NCBI GenBank assembly: GCA_964016885.1
Contig: OZ024760.1
Coordinates: 26,970,001-27,034,000 of the forward strand
DNA from: Eledone cirrhosa
Taxonomy: Eukaryota
Direction of reading: 5' to 3'
DNA: 64,000 nucleotides
The position numbers and the translations under genes are program-made. Shown one piece after another: positions 1 to 13,891 of the stretch. Each line of letters opens with the position of its first letter. The stretch's first letter is position 1. The notes beneath the pieces are model-generated. The model did not search any database and was not told where the DNA came from. It was given only the letters and a program-made list of their open reading frames with translations.

Positions 1-501
1 AAGGTGGTTATATAGAGCAGGAATTATATATAATACAATGTAATATATTATAATATAATATAATATAATATACCTTTACCAACATTAAAATTACAATAAA
101 AATCAAAAGGTACAATATGCATATGTATATATGTGCACACACGTACACACACATACACATACAACAATACACACATTCATCCTCAACTGCACAAATTAAA
201 CCTTATTAAGAGTTTGAATATAAAAATAAGCATGATAGGAATGAAAATAATAATAATAATATTACTAATACGTCTACCCAATATAGATGAGGTAATAATA
301 TGATATAATTATAAGTAGCACATATAATAAATAATAAATAATACAGTTATATGCTATATAATACAATATAATAGGATAGATAATCTCCGGTTAATTTACA
401 CAAACAATATAGATGTCACAATAATAATATAATAATAATATATTAACATTTACAATATACAATATACTAACATTTATAATAAACAATATAAAGGTATAAT
501 T

Positions 502-539
502 GCCCTGATGAGTCCTTAATAGGACGAAACATTGTCGGC
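502..539 (+). ncRNA. Minimal type I hammerhead ribozyme (Penelope-like element terminus type)
   Basis: GCC-CTGATGA-GTCCT(taat)AGGAC-GAA-AC(att)GT-C-GGC: canonical core, 5-bp stem II, GUC cleavage triplet, 3-bp stem I, followed by AATAAA. Confidence 0.8.
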
Positions 540-587
540 TAATAAAGACTTTTGATGTATTGAAGGCTTCTTTGTTTTACTCTCTTA

Positions 588-712
588 ATATATATATATA
601 TATATGTATGTTTAAATATATATATATATATGTATGTATAAATATATATATATATGTATGTATGTATGTATAAATATATATATGTATGTATGTATGTATA
701 AATATATATATG
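588..712. repeat. (TA)n/(TATG)n microsatellite
   Basis: Direct inspection. Confidence 0.95.
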
Positions 713-844
713 CCTCAAGTGGGACAACTCCTGTCTAACCCATGCTAGTGTGGAAGATAGACGTTAAACGATGATGATGGTGATGATATGAGGATGATGA
801 TATATATATATATATATATATATCACATCATAATATATATATAT

Positions 845-2012
845 ATTTTATCAACCCCGTAAGGATGAAAGGCAAAGTTAACCTCAGCGGGATTTGAACT
901 CAGACCGTAAAGGGCCGTAACTCTATGCTGCAAAGCATGGCGTCTGATGCTCTACCGACACTACCTATCCACTGCCATGATAATGACGAAGAATCAGAGG
1001 AGATTAGATAGAGTGGGGGTGGGTGGGTGGGTAGAATAAAGAAAGAAGCTGTTATGGAACATGTTTGTAAAAAAAGCATAATTAAAGATGACATGGTGAT
1101 GAGATCTGAGAGACGAGTAAATACAATAAGAATTGGTGACCTATAGTTGTATGCTATATAATCTTTACCTCTTTCAATGCCCCCCCCCACTCCGTTATTT
1201 GCTTTTGTCTCGTTTTTTTTTTATTTTTCTTCCTTCCTTTTTTCCCCTCCTTCCTTTATTTCACTGTTTCTAGTTTTTTTTTTAATTTTATTTTTCATTC
1301 TTTTTATTCTTTTTTTCTTTCCTTTCTTCGCCTTTTTTTAATTTATTTTTTTCATTTAAAATAATTGTTTCTACTTTTGGCACAAGGCCAGCAATCACCC
1401 CACTGCATTACTGGTACTTTATCTTATCGACCTGGTAAGGATGAAAGGCAGAGTTAACCTTGGCGGGATTTGAACTCAGACCATAAAGGGCCGTAACTCT
1501 ATGTTGCAAAGCATGGCGTCCGACCCTCTACCGATACTGCCAATCCACCATTTAAAATAATATTAATAATAATTGTTTCTACTTTTGGCACAAGGCCAGC
1601 AATTACCTCCAGTGTATTACTGGTATTTTATTTTATCGACCCGGTAAGGATGAAAGGCAAAGTTATAATAATAATAATGGTTTCAGATTTAGGCGCAAGG
1701 CCAGTAATTTGGTGGGGAGAGGAAAGTTGATTAAATCGACTCCAGTGCATTACTGGTACTTTATTTTATCGACCCCGTAAGGATGAAAGGCAAAGTTAAC
1801 CTTGGCGGGATTTGAACTCAGAATGGCAAGGGCCGTAACTCTATGCGTCAAAGCAGGGCGTCCGACCCTCTACCGATACTGCCAATTCACATATAATTAT
1901 TTCTACTTTAGGCACAACGCCAGCAATTTTGGGGGAGGAGAAAGTCGATTAAATCTACCCAGTGCATTACTGGTACTTTATTTTATCAACCCTGTAAGGA
2001 TGAAGCGCAAAG
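845..2012 (-). mobile_element. Cluster of tRNA-derived SINE copies (about 845-980, 1363-1550, 1570-1665, 1675-1890, 1895-2012)
   Basis: Reverse complement shows A-box-like TGGCAGTATCGG, B-box GAGTTCAAATCC and conserved body TTGCCTTTCATCCTTACGGGGTCGATAAAATAAAGTACCAGT, which recurs more than ten times in the window. Confidence 0.85.
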
Positions 2013-2339
2013 CTATAATAATATCAATAGTAATAAAAGACAATTACAATTATTGCTCTTCAAGGAAACAATCAAAGCAAGCAAGTGTGTTTGTTCTCCA
2101 TGTTAAGGTAACAAAGAAAGCTGTTGGCAGGATTAAATTCAGCTTGGTTACAAATTTCCTTAATCTTCTGATAGGCTTTTTGTTGTTGTTTTTTTCTTTT
2201 ACATCAGTCTGCATCTGATTCTTCTTGTCGTATAGTTAGAGAGGCAGGTTGAGACAGGTGAGAAGACATCTGAGGGGGCAATCCCATGCAATAGAGTCTG
2301 GTCAGAGTCATCATAGTCATATTATTAGGAGTGACAGGG

Positions 2340-2448
2340 AATCCCGCCGAGGTTAACTTTGCCTTTCACCTTTACAGGGTCGATAAAATAAAGTACCAGT
2401 AATGTACTGGGTAATTTGCTGGCCTTGTGCCAAAAGTAGAAACAATTG
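2340..2448 (+). mobile_element. SINE fragment (same family)
   Basis: AATCCCGCCGAGGTTAACTTTGCC...GGCCTTGTGCCAAAAGTAGAAAC. Confidence 0.8.
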
Positions 2449-2809
2449 TTAGGAGTGACAGCTCTCCTAGACAGGTTGCCTTTACTTCAGCTTACAGAGT
2501 CCAAACCACCCCTATGGTAGTATTTATTTATAAAGAGAGTAAACACACATAGTTACGGAGGTAAAATCTTAAAAATTAACAAAAACCTACTTGGCATCTT
2601 TGAGCTTAATCCATAGGTGGTATGGCGCATCATTCTGATATTCTCAGACATGACATCTTTAATCTAATTTTGGTAGTATATATATATATATGAGAAACAA
2701 ATCACAACAGAAATACAATTTTACTTTTTTCATATTACCCACTCTACTACCCCAAGTATTGAGTACCCTGGTGAGTAATGGTTTAACTGGTGTGGGCAAG
2801 GTGTTTTTT

Positions 2810-4490
2810 GTCATGAGACCTACACGACCACTTTACAGTGTGGGCTGGGTACCTTTTTGTCATGATGCCTGCACGACCACTTTACAGTGTGGGCTGGATG
2901 CTTTTTCTTATGACGCCAACACAACCACTTTACAGTATGTGCTGGGTGCTTTTTGTTGTGACACCAACACAACCACTTTACAGTATGTGCTGGGTGCTTT
3001 TTGTTGTGACACCAACACAACCACTTTACAGTATGTGCTGGATGCATTTTGTTGTGACACCAACACAACCAATTTACAGTATGTGCTGGGTGCTTTTTGT
3101 TGTGACACCAACACAACCACTTTACAGTATGTGCTGGGTGCTTTTTGTTGTAACACCAACACAACCACTTTACAGTATGTGCTGGGTGCTTTTTGTTGTG
3201 ACACCAACACAACCACTTTACAATGTGTGGTGGGTGCTTTTTGTTGTGACACCAACACAACCACTTTACAGTATGTGCTGGATGCATTTTGTCATGACAC
3301 CAACACAACCACTTTACAATGTGTGGTGGGTGCTTTTTGTTGTGACACCAACACAACCACTTTACAATGTGTGGTGGGTGCTTTTTGTTGTGACACAAAC
3401 ACAACCACTTTACAATGTGTGGTGGGTGCTTTTTGTTGTGACACAAACACAACCACTTTACAATGTGTGGTGGGTGCTTTTTGTTGTGACACCAACACAA
3501 CCACTTTACAATGTGTGGTGGGTGCTTTTTGTTGTGACACCAACACAACCACTTTACAATGTGTGGTGGGTGCTTTTTGTTGTGTCACAAACACAACCAC
3601 TTTACAATGTGTGGTGGGTGCTTTTTGTTGTGACACCAACACAACCACTTTACAATGTGTGGTGGGTGCTTTTTGTTGTGACACCAACACAACCACTTTA
3701 CAATGTGTGGTGGTTGCTTTTTGTTGTGACACCAACACAACCACTTTACAATGTGTGGTGGGTGCTTTTTGTTGTGACACAAACACAACCACTTTACAAT
3801 GTGTGGTGGGTGCTTTTTGTTGTGACACAAACACAACCACTTTACAATGTGTGGTGGGTGCTTTTTGTTGTGACACCAACACAAACACTTTACAATGTGT
3901 GGTGGGTGCTTTTTGTTGTGACACAAACACAACTACTTTACAATGTGTGCTGGGTGCTTTTTGTTGTGACACCAACACAACCACTTTACAATGTGTGGTG
4001 GGTGCTTTTTGTTGTGACACCAACACAACCACTTTACAATGTGTGGTGGGTGCTTTTTGTTGTGACACCAACACAACCACTTTACAATGTGTGGTGGGTG
4101 CATTTTGTTGTGACACCAACACAACCAATTTACAGTATGTGCTGGGTGCTTTTTGTTGTGACACCAACACAACCACTTTACAATGTGTGGTGGGTGCTTT
4201 TTGTTGTGACACCAACACAACCACTTTACAATGTATGGTGGGTGCTTTTTGTTGTGACACCAACACAACCACTTTACAATGTGTGGTGGGTGCTTTTTGT
4301 TGTGACAGCAACACAACCAATTTACAATGTGTGGTGGGTGCTTTTTGTTGTGACACAAACACAACCACTTTACAATGTGTGGTGGGTGCTTTTTGTTGTG
4401 ACACAAACACAACCACTTTACAATATGTGCTGGGTGCTTTTTGTTGTGACACCAACACAACCACTTTACAGTGTGGGCTGGATGCTTTTG
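2810..4490. repeat. 48-bp minisatellite, about 35 copies
   Basis: Unit GACACCAACACAACCACTTTACAATGTGTGGTGGGTGCTTTTTGTTGT; 16-aa periodicity in the ORF track. Confidence 0.97.
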
Positions 4491-4612
4491 CTGTACATTC
4501 ATTCATATTTTCCAATAGATGTCAACATGAATGGACCTGTTATTTTTATCTAAAGACACATTTTCCAATTCCAACCAGCCCGTCCCTTCAATCCATCTTA
4601 TTTCTCATTCTT

Positions 4613-4648
4613 TCTTCTGATGAAGGACTAGCGTCCGAAACGTTAAGA
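4613..4648 (+). ncRNA. Minimal hammerhead ribozyme motif with palindromic stem III
   Basis: TCTT-CTGATGA-A-GGAC(tagc)GTCC-GAA-ACGT-T-AAGA. Confidence 0.7.
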
Positions 4649-4856
4649 CCCTCTTCCTGCTATATCAAGCGTTAACCTAATATATACCTTCCATATACTG
4701 TACCGATTGTGTTGTTATTTCTGTTTACCTTTCACACACACACACACACACATGCCTGAAATGTCATCCCCACCCCCACTCTTAAGCGTGAACCTAATAG
4801 TAACACTTTGTACTGCACTCTTCGTTATTGTTATTGTTTTTGTTTTCTGTTTTAAC

Positions 4857-5282
<426 letters not shown>

Positions 5283-5488
5283 TGTTTGTTTGTTTATTTG
5301 ATTATATAGTTATTGTTATAGTTATTGTTATTTGTATTAGTATAATATGTTATTGTTGTTGTTCTTCTTATTGTCCAACTTTGTCTTCAGAAAGAGAACT
5401 TGTCCATTCTTGTCCCAACTCTTTTTACATTCTTTTTTTTTCTTTAACTTTTTATGTATATTATTATTATTATTATCATTATTATAAT

Positions 5489-6087
5489 GGCAGTGGATTG
5501 GTAGTATCGGTAGAAGGTTGGAAGCTATGCTTTGCAGCATAGAGTTACGTCCCTTTATGATCTGAGTTCAAATCCCGCCGAGGTTAACTTTTAACCTTTC
5601 ATCCTTACGGGGTCGATAAAATAAAGTACCAGTAATGCACTGGGTAATTGCTGGCCTTGTACCTAAAGTAGAAACAATTATTATTATCATCATCATTGGT
5701 GGATTGGCAGTATCGGTAGAGGGTCGGACGCCATGCTTTGACGCATAGAGTTACGCCCCTTGCCATTCAGAGTTCAAATCCCGCCGAGGTTAACTTTGCC
5801 TTTCATCCTTACGGGGGTCGATAAAATAAAGTACCAGTAATGCACTGGGTAATTGCTGGCCTTGTGCCTAAAGTAGAAACAATTATTATTATCATCATCA
5901 TTGGTGGATTGGCAGTATCGGTAGAGGGTCGGACGCCATGCTTTGACGCATAGAGTTACGCCCCTTGCCATTCAGAGTTCAAATCCCGCCGAGGTTAACT
6001 TTGCCTTTCATCCTTACGGGGGTCGATAAAATAAAGTACCAGTAATGCACTGGGTAATTACTGGCCTTGTGCCAAATTAGAAACAAT
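5489..6087 (+). mobile_element. Three tandem tRNA-derived SINE copies (second and third near-identical, 205-bp period)
   Basis: GGTGGATTGGCAGTATCGGTAGAG...GAGTTCAAATCCCGCC...GTAGAAACAAT; heads at about 5489, 5698 and 5903. Confidence 0.9.
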
Positions 6088-6300
6088 TATTATTGTTGTT
6101 GTTGTTGTTATGATTATTTTTAATGAAGCTTTTGTTATTTTCAACGAAAAAAAATTTTCTGTTGTTTTTTTTTTGTTTGTTTGGGGGGTGGGAGTTTTGT
6201 TTTTAAGTCTCTCCACCACCACCACCACCATCACCACCAACAACAACATCAACAGTATTTGTTGTTGTGTGGTAATAAGGAAAATTTAATATGCAAATTA

Positions 6301-7967
6301 CACGGTGTAACATATTTTTTGTTACCCGGTTCTGAGTGTCATTTCATGGTTTGTTATATCCCATTATTATAAAAAAACAGTGAATTGACAGTATCGGTAG
6401 AGGGTTGGATGCCATGCTTTGACGCTTAGAGTTACGGCCCTTGCTATTCTGAGTTCAAATCCATTATTATAAAAATACACTATTATTTAATCAGAAGTTT
6501 GGGTTTGTGGTCAGGAGGCTGATATTTTGAAATTTTCATATTTTTCAAGAAAAAACACATTTTTTTTAAATTTATCAGTTCATATATTTAAATCAACAGA
6601 GTATATATTTATTTTATTACACAAGCTTATCAAAAGCAAACAGGTAAAAACAAATAACACTTATAAAGCAACATATATATGTCAGAAATGACTGGATTTC
6701 CTGGATTTGCGGTTGTAGTCCAGGTCGCATTCCCGCACTAGCCCCCAGATATAGTCCCCCATCATTTTTTCATTGTAGTGGCCCTGGTACCTCCGCTCTA
6801 TCTCTTTCACATCTTGGTGGAATCGTTCGCCTTATTCTTGAGTAGGCGCCCATATTGTCCTTGAATTTTTCCCGGTGAGCGTCCAGCATATGGATTTTAA
6901 GCGACATCCTGCATTCCATGGCGCTAAAAGCCTTTATGAGATCCTGCACCAGTTGCTGGTAGTTTTCAGCTCTGTAGTTGCCCAGGAAGCCCTTAACAAC
7001 TGCCTTGAAACAGTTCCATGCTGTTCTCTCAATCCTATTGAGCATATTGGAGAATTCGGTAGACTCAAACACCTTCTTTATCTGAGGTCCAACAAAAATT
7101 CCACCTTTGATTTTGGCCTCAGATAACTTGGGGAAGAACTCAGGAAGGTACTTAAAAGCGGCTGATTCTTGGTTGAGAGCCTTCACAAACTGCTTCATTA
7201 ACCCCAACTTAATGTGCAGTGGAGGCATGAGTACAATCCTGGGATCAACCAGTGGCTCCCACGTGACGTTCCGGGTCCCAACTACAAATTCTGTTCGCTG
7301 CTCCCAGTTGTTTCTTTTGTAGTGGTCAGAGGTGGCTCTGCTGTCCCAAAGGCAGAGGAAGCATTGGAATTTGATAAAGCCTCCTTGGAGTCCAAGCAGG
7401 AAAGCCACCATCTTGAAGTCTCCAATGATTTTCCAAGAGGACTTTCATGCTGTAGTAGAATTCCTTCAGGCAGACTGAATGAGCTAGGGGCAGTGTCAGG
7501 AACTTGTTTCCATTATGGAGGAGGACAGCATTCACTTCCTCCTTGACCAAGTTCCACTGCTTCATCCTGGAGACGAATGCTTAAAACACAACTTACCCTT
7601 TATTCAGGATGCGAAAATCCAGTATCAATAAATCTCTCTAATCCACTTTTTAACAATTTTATACTTTATTGCACTTTTATAATTATAAAAGTGCAATAAA
7701 GTATAAAATCTTTAGGTATTACTCTTTATTTTATAATTTTAATTTAAACTGAAACATATAGAAAAAACATTTAACATAAGTAAATTAAACTTACATCCAA
7801 CGTAAAATCCAGCATACAAATAATTCTAGTGAATAGCTTAGAATTTTTACAAACCCAAACTGTTAACTGTTTAATAGCACTTTTTTTTTTAATTGGGACC
7901 TAAACAACACAAAAAAAAGTGATTACAAGCCAGGAACAGAGAAAAAAAATTTTTTTGTTACACAGTG
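6301..7967 (-). mobile_element. Chapaev3-like (CMC superfamily) DNA transposon, internally deleted
   Basis: Termini CACGGTGTAACA and TGTTACACAGTG; TTA on both sides (6298-6300, 7968-7970) as 3-bp TSD; transposase remnant inside. Confidence 0.8.
6700..7565 (-). pseudogene. Frameshifted C-terminal transposase fragment (Chapaev3-like)
   Basis: Motifs GLQGGFIKFQCFLCLWDSRA, PPLHIKLGLMKQFVKAL, KIKGGIFVGPQI, MSLKIHMLDAH; split across frames. Confidence 0.8.
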
Positions 7968-8023
7968 TTATTTCTGCTTTTCATTTATGATTAATAATAT
8001 CATTATTGATTTCTAAAAGTACG

Positions 8024-10445
8024 TTGTTGTGGTTGTTGGTGTTGTTGTGGTTGTTGTTGGTGTTGTGGTTGTTGTTGCAGCAACAACAACAGCAACAACA
8101 ACACCAACACCAACATCAACAACACCAACAACAACAACAACAACAACACCACCAACACAAACAACAACAACACCAACACCAACACCAACAACACCACCAA
8201 CACCAACAACAACACCACCAACATCAACACCACCAACACCAACAACAACAACACCAACACCAACACCAACACCAACAACACCAACACCAACACCAACACC
8301 AACAACACCAACAACAACAACAACACCAACACCAACACCACCACCAACAACACCACCAACAACAACACCAACAACACCACCAACAACAACAACACCACCA
8401 ACAACAACACCAACAACACCACCAACAACAACACCAACAACACCACCAACAACAACACCAACAACAACACCGACAACACCATCAACAACAACACCAATAC
8501 CAACATCAACACCAACATCAACACCAACACCACCAACACCACCACCACCAACAACAACACCAACACAAACAACAACAACAACATCACCAACACCAGCACC
8601 AACAACAACACCAACAACACCAACAGCAACACGACCAACACCAACACCAACAACACCAATACCACCAACACCAACAACACCAACACCAACACCAACAACA
8701 CCAACACCACCAACAACAACACCAACAACAACACCAACACCAACACCACCAACACCAACAACAACAACACCAACACCAACACAAACAACAACAACAACAT
8801 CACCAACACGACCAACACCAACAACAACAACAACAACAACAACATCACCAACACGACCAACACCAACAACAACAACAACCACAACAACACCAACACCAAC
8901 AACACCAACAGCAACCACACCAACAACACCAACAACAACAACAACAACAACACCAACACCAACAACACCAACAACACCAACACCAACAACACCAACAACA
9001 ACAACACCAACACCAACACAAACAACACCAACAACACCAACAACAACAACACCAACAGCAACACGACCAACACCAACAACACCACCAACACCAACAACAC
9101 CAACACCAACAACACCAACACCACCAACACCACCAACAACAACACCACCAACAACAACACCAACAACAACACCACCAACAACAACACCAACACCACCAAC
9201 ACCACCAACACTAACACCAACACAAACAACAACAACAACATCACCAACAACAGCACCAACAGCAACACCAACAGCAACACGACCAGCACCAACAACACCA
9301 ACAACAACACCACCAACAACGACACCAACAACAACACCAACAACAACAACACCAACAACACCAACACCAACACAAACAACAACACCAACAACACCAGCAC
9401 CAACAACAACACCAACAGCAACACGACCAACACCAACACCAACACCACTACCAACAACAACACCAACACCAACAACACCAACAACAACAATACCAACATC
9501 AACACCAACACCATCAACACCACCAACACCAACACAAACAACAACAACACCACCAACAACAACACCAACACCAACACAAACAACAACAACAACATCACCA
9601 ACAACAGCACCAACAACACCACCAACAGCAACACGACCAACACCAACAACACCAACAAAACCAACAACAACAACACCAACAACAACACCAATAACACCAA
9701 CACCAACAACAACAACACGAACAACAACAACACCAACACCAACACCAACAACACCAACAACACCAACACCACCAACAACACCAACAACAACAACACCAAC
9801 AACAACAACACCACCAACAACAACAACACCACCAACAACAACGCCACCAACACCACCAACAACAACACCAACAACACCAACAACAACAACACCAACAACA
9901 CCAACACCACCACCAACAACAACGCCACCAACACCAACACCAACAACACCAACAACAACAACACCAACACCACCAACACCAACACCACCAACACCAACAC
10001 CAACAACACCAACACCAACACCAACACCAACAATACCAACAACAACAACACCAACAACAACAACACCACCAACAACAACAACACCACCAACAACAACGCT
10101 ACCAACACCACCAACAACAACACCAATAACACCAACAACACCAACACCAACACCACCACCACCAACACCACCAACAACAACACCAACAACAACACCACCA
10201 ACAACAACACCACCAACACCACCACCAACACCACCAACAACAACACCAACAACACCAACAACAACAACACCAACAACAACACCACCACCAACAACACTAA
10301 CAACACCAACACCAACAACAACACCAACAACAACACCACCAACAACAACAACAACACCAACACCACCAACACCAACACCAACACCAACACCAACAACAAC
10401 AACAATAATAACAACTAACACCACTATGACAACAACAGCAATAAC
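8024..10445. repeat. Compound (ACA/CCA)n trinucleotide low-complexity array
   Basis: About 2.4 kb of ACA/CCA triplets, with a short inverted (GTT/GGT) lead-in at 8024-8078. Confidence 0.95.
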
Positions 10446-10459
10446 AATTACCACAGACA

Positions 10460-11040
10460 TACTCTCTCGCACACACTCACAGTCATACACACACACACAC
10501 TGACACACACACACACAGTCACACAGACACACTCACACTCACATATATATACATACATTTACATAAACATACATACATAAAAACACCCTTTCCCACACAG
10601 ACACACACACAGTCAGACACATGCACAAACACACATGCACAGACATATAGATGCACACATACAGACAAGCACACATACACACAGACACACACACGTACAC
10701 AGACAGACATACACACAGACACGCACTCATGCAGACACACACAGACACATACATACACACAGACACACACACTCACAAACACACACGCACATACACACAC
10801 ACAGTGTGAAAAAAATTATCAAAATTTCCAAAATATATAAATGAATAAATAAATAAATATTAAAAACAAAATTATCAAAATTTATCAAAATTTATTAAAA
10901 ATTATCAAAAATTATTAAAAATTGTCAAAAATTGTCAAAATTATCAAAAATTATTAAAAATTATCAAAAATTATCCACAATTATCAAAACTTATCAAAAA
11001 TTATCAAAAATTATCAAAATTATCAATAAATGAATAAATA
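10460..11040. repeat. Degenerate (CA)n followed by a 10-bp AAAAATTATC tandem
   Basis: Direct inspection. Confidence 0.85.
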
Positions 11041-11239
11041 ATAATTAAAAACAAAATTTTATTCCTCTTTTTCTCAACAGAAATGTTTGAAAGTTTGAAA
11101 AATTCAAATTTGTGAAATGGGAAAATAAAAACCGCCTCCTCCCTCCGAAAAAGAAAGGAAGGATAAAGTAACAACAACAACAACAAGAAAAAATAATTTG
11201 TAGTCTTCAACAACAACAGCAACAGCCATAACAGACAAG

Positions 11240-11351
11240 ATGTCAGGGCCGAACACGGTGACCCCAACATCATCACACCCAGAAAATGAGCCCACAACAT
11301 CAACAGCGCCTTCAGCTGCCAGGCTTCATAAAAAACTCGCACATGAGGAAC
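11240..11351 (+). CDS. Candidate first coding exon, MSGPNTVTPTSSHPENEPTTSTAPSAARLHKKLAHEE (unknown protein)
   Basis: Unique non-repetitive sequence; ATG at 11240; strong GTAAGT donor at 11352; upstream polypyrimidine-CAG acceptor ending at 11080. Confidence 0.35.
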
Positions 11352-11416
11352 GTAAGTTTTCACTGTTTCTTAATATCCTGTAATTATATTTAGAGAGAGT
11401 CATGTTGTTCTAATAT

Positions 11417-11598
11417 TTGTTTCTACTTTTGGCGCAAGGCCAGCAATTATCCCAGTGCATTACTGGTACTTTATTTTATCGACCCCGTAAGGATGAAAGG
11501 CAAAGCTAACCTTCGTGGGATTTGAATTCAGATCATAAAGGGGCATAACTCTATGCTGCAAAGCATGGTGTCTGATCCTCTACTGAGACTGCCAATTC
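11417..11598 (-). mobile_element. tRNA-derived SINE
   Basis: Same family as 5489-6087. Confidence 0.85.
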
Positions 11599-11934
11599 TC
11601 ATTGCCAGAAAAATATAGTAAAACACATTCCCTGTTTGGATTGGTTTGGTTTTCACTTCAGTATATTTTTATATTTCTATAAATAATTTACCTGGCAATC
11701 AATGTTTATCATTAATTGACCAACAGTTAAAAAATATAAATATAGATATAGTTTTTCAGAGTTCTTTCGTCACACATATCTGTGACATCATCAGTGATTG
11801 TTATGCTTCCACGTTTCCTCCCGTTGTGTTTCTATAATTTTTTCCTGCAATGATTTTGCATGGGTCAGATGAGTTGTCTTGATGTGAGACAAGCCAGGTC
11901 ACATGACCATGTCATGCTCTTATAGAACTGATTT

Positions 11935-12262
11935 GAGCTTGGTTTCTATGGCTGAGTGCCCTTCTTAATGCCAACCACATTTGTAGTGTGGACTCAGCAT
12001 ATTTTGTTATTACACCAACTATAGTGTGGACTGGTCGTTTTTTTCTTGTGTCACCAAAACAACCACTTTACAGTGTGGTCTGGGTGCTTTTTGTCATGTC
12101 ACCTACATGACCATTCTACAACACAAACAGTATGGACTGGGCACATTTTGTTGTGACACCAACTATAGTGTGGACTGTTCGTTTTTTCTTGTGTCACCAA
12201 AACAACCACTTTACAGTGTGGACTGGGCGCTTTTTGTCATGGCACCAAATCAACCACTTTAC
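11935..12262 (-). mobile_element. Second SINE-like family with degenerate 48-bp internal repeats
   Basis: GCCCTTCTTAATGCCAACCAC...TTACAGTGTGG motif, also seen at 12640-12790, 13300-13450, 50030-50155 and 50365-50440. Confidence 0.65.
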
Positions 12263-12352
12263 CGTTTGTATACATATATATATATTTTGTTAAACAAAAA
12301 TCTCTTTACTGAATTCTACTTCGTGGTGAACAGTCGAATCCCACTACTATAG

Positions 12353-12461
12353 GCTTTCTGATGAAGTGTAATAAATAATTAAGTATTGCATATGATTGAA
12401 CAATGTATATTGTAGTCAGCATATGTAGACAATTAAAATAGACACAGAAACATGTCATAGC
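12353..12461 (+). ncRNA. Hammerhead motif with long stem II insertion
   Basis: GCTTT-CTGATGA-A-GTGT...ACAC-A-GAA-ACATGT-C-ATAGC; palindromic stem III, GUC triplet, one stem I mismatch. Confidence 0.6.
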
Positions 12462-12829
12462 AAATAAATTCATAATCTCTTCACACCGAAGTTTTATTTG
12501 TCTTGGTGCAATACTTGCTAATATATATCATCATCATCATCATCACTGTTTTACGTCCGTTCTTCCACGCTAGCATGGGTTAGACGGGTTGTCCTGTTGT
12601 GGGCAGTGTCTGGTCGGCTGACCATGCCTTGCTCATACAGGAACTGATCTGGCTTGATTTCTACAGCTGGATGCCCTTCCTAACACCAACCTCATTTACA
12701 GTGAGTGCTGGGTGCTTTTTCGTGGCGCCTACACGTCCACTTTACAGTGTGGGCTGGGTGCTTTTTTGCCGTGGCACCTCCACGACCACCTTGCGGTGGG
12801 GGGGGGGGGGGGCATATTGTTTATATGCT

Positions 12830-13055
12830 TCAGCATGTACCCATGGGAGGTCGGGTACCCTGTATTACTGCGTGACGCCAGAAGTCACGGTCGTGTGTCA
12901 TTGACTTTGAGAGGTGTAGTTGGGTAAGGTCGGCTTTTATCACCTCATCCCAAGTCATCTTGGGTCTCCCCACTCCGCGGTTTCCATCAACTTCTAGTGC
13001 TCTGCACCTTTTTATGCAGCTGTCATCCTTCATACGCATCACATGTCCATACCAG
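12830..13055 (-). mobile_element. RTE-clade LINE 3' fragment
   Basis: WYGHVMRM...EVDGNRGVGRPKMTW...DRDFWR C-terminal motif. Confidence 0.75.
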
Positions 13056-13469
13056 ATATATATATATTAAAATAACAGATTAAAATTTAAGCAAAGAATC
13101 GCTGCTTAAACTTATTTACGCATCACATGTCTATACCATATATATATATATTAAAATAACAGATTAAAATTTAAGCAAAGAATCGCTGCTTAAACTTATT
13201 TATCCTTATCAAGCCCTCTTTGGATTTTAGCCTTCAAATTTATTATTATTACTATATCATCATTTCATCATCATTTCATTTTACGTCCACTTTTTCCCTG
13301 CTGATACTGGCTTGATTTCTACAGCTGGATGCCCTTCCTAACACCAACCTCATTTACAGTGAGTGCTGGGTGCTTTTTTTCCGTGGCGCTTACACGTCCA
13401 CTTTACAGTGTGGGCTGGGTGCTTTTTTGCCATGGCACCTCCACGACCATTCTGCAGTGGAATGATATG

Positions 13470-13890
<421 letters not shown>

Positions 13891-13891
<1 letters not shown>

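Noticed and set aside
2690-4675. Cys-rich 661-aa repeat protein
   Set aside because: 48-bp SINE-derived minisatellite, open on both strands
5489-5580. tRNA genes
   Set aside because: A and B boxes belong to SINE heads; no complete cloverleaf; followed by SINE body
8029-10503. Mucin-like Thr/Pro 824-aa ORF
   Set aside because: ACA/CCA triplet expansion open in multiple frames; no ATG start or splice context; runs into (CA)n
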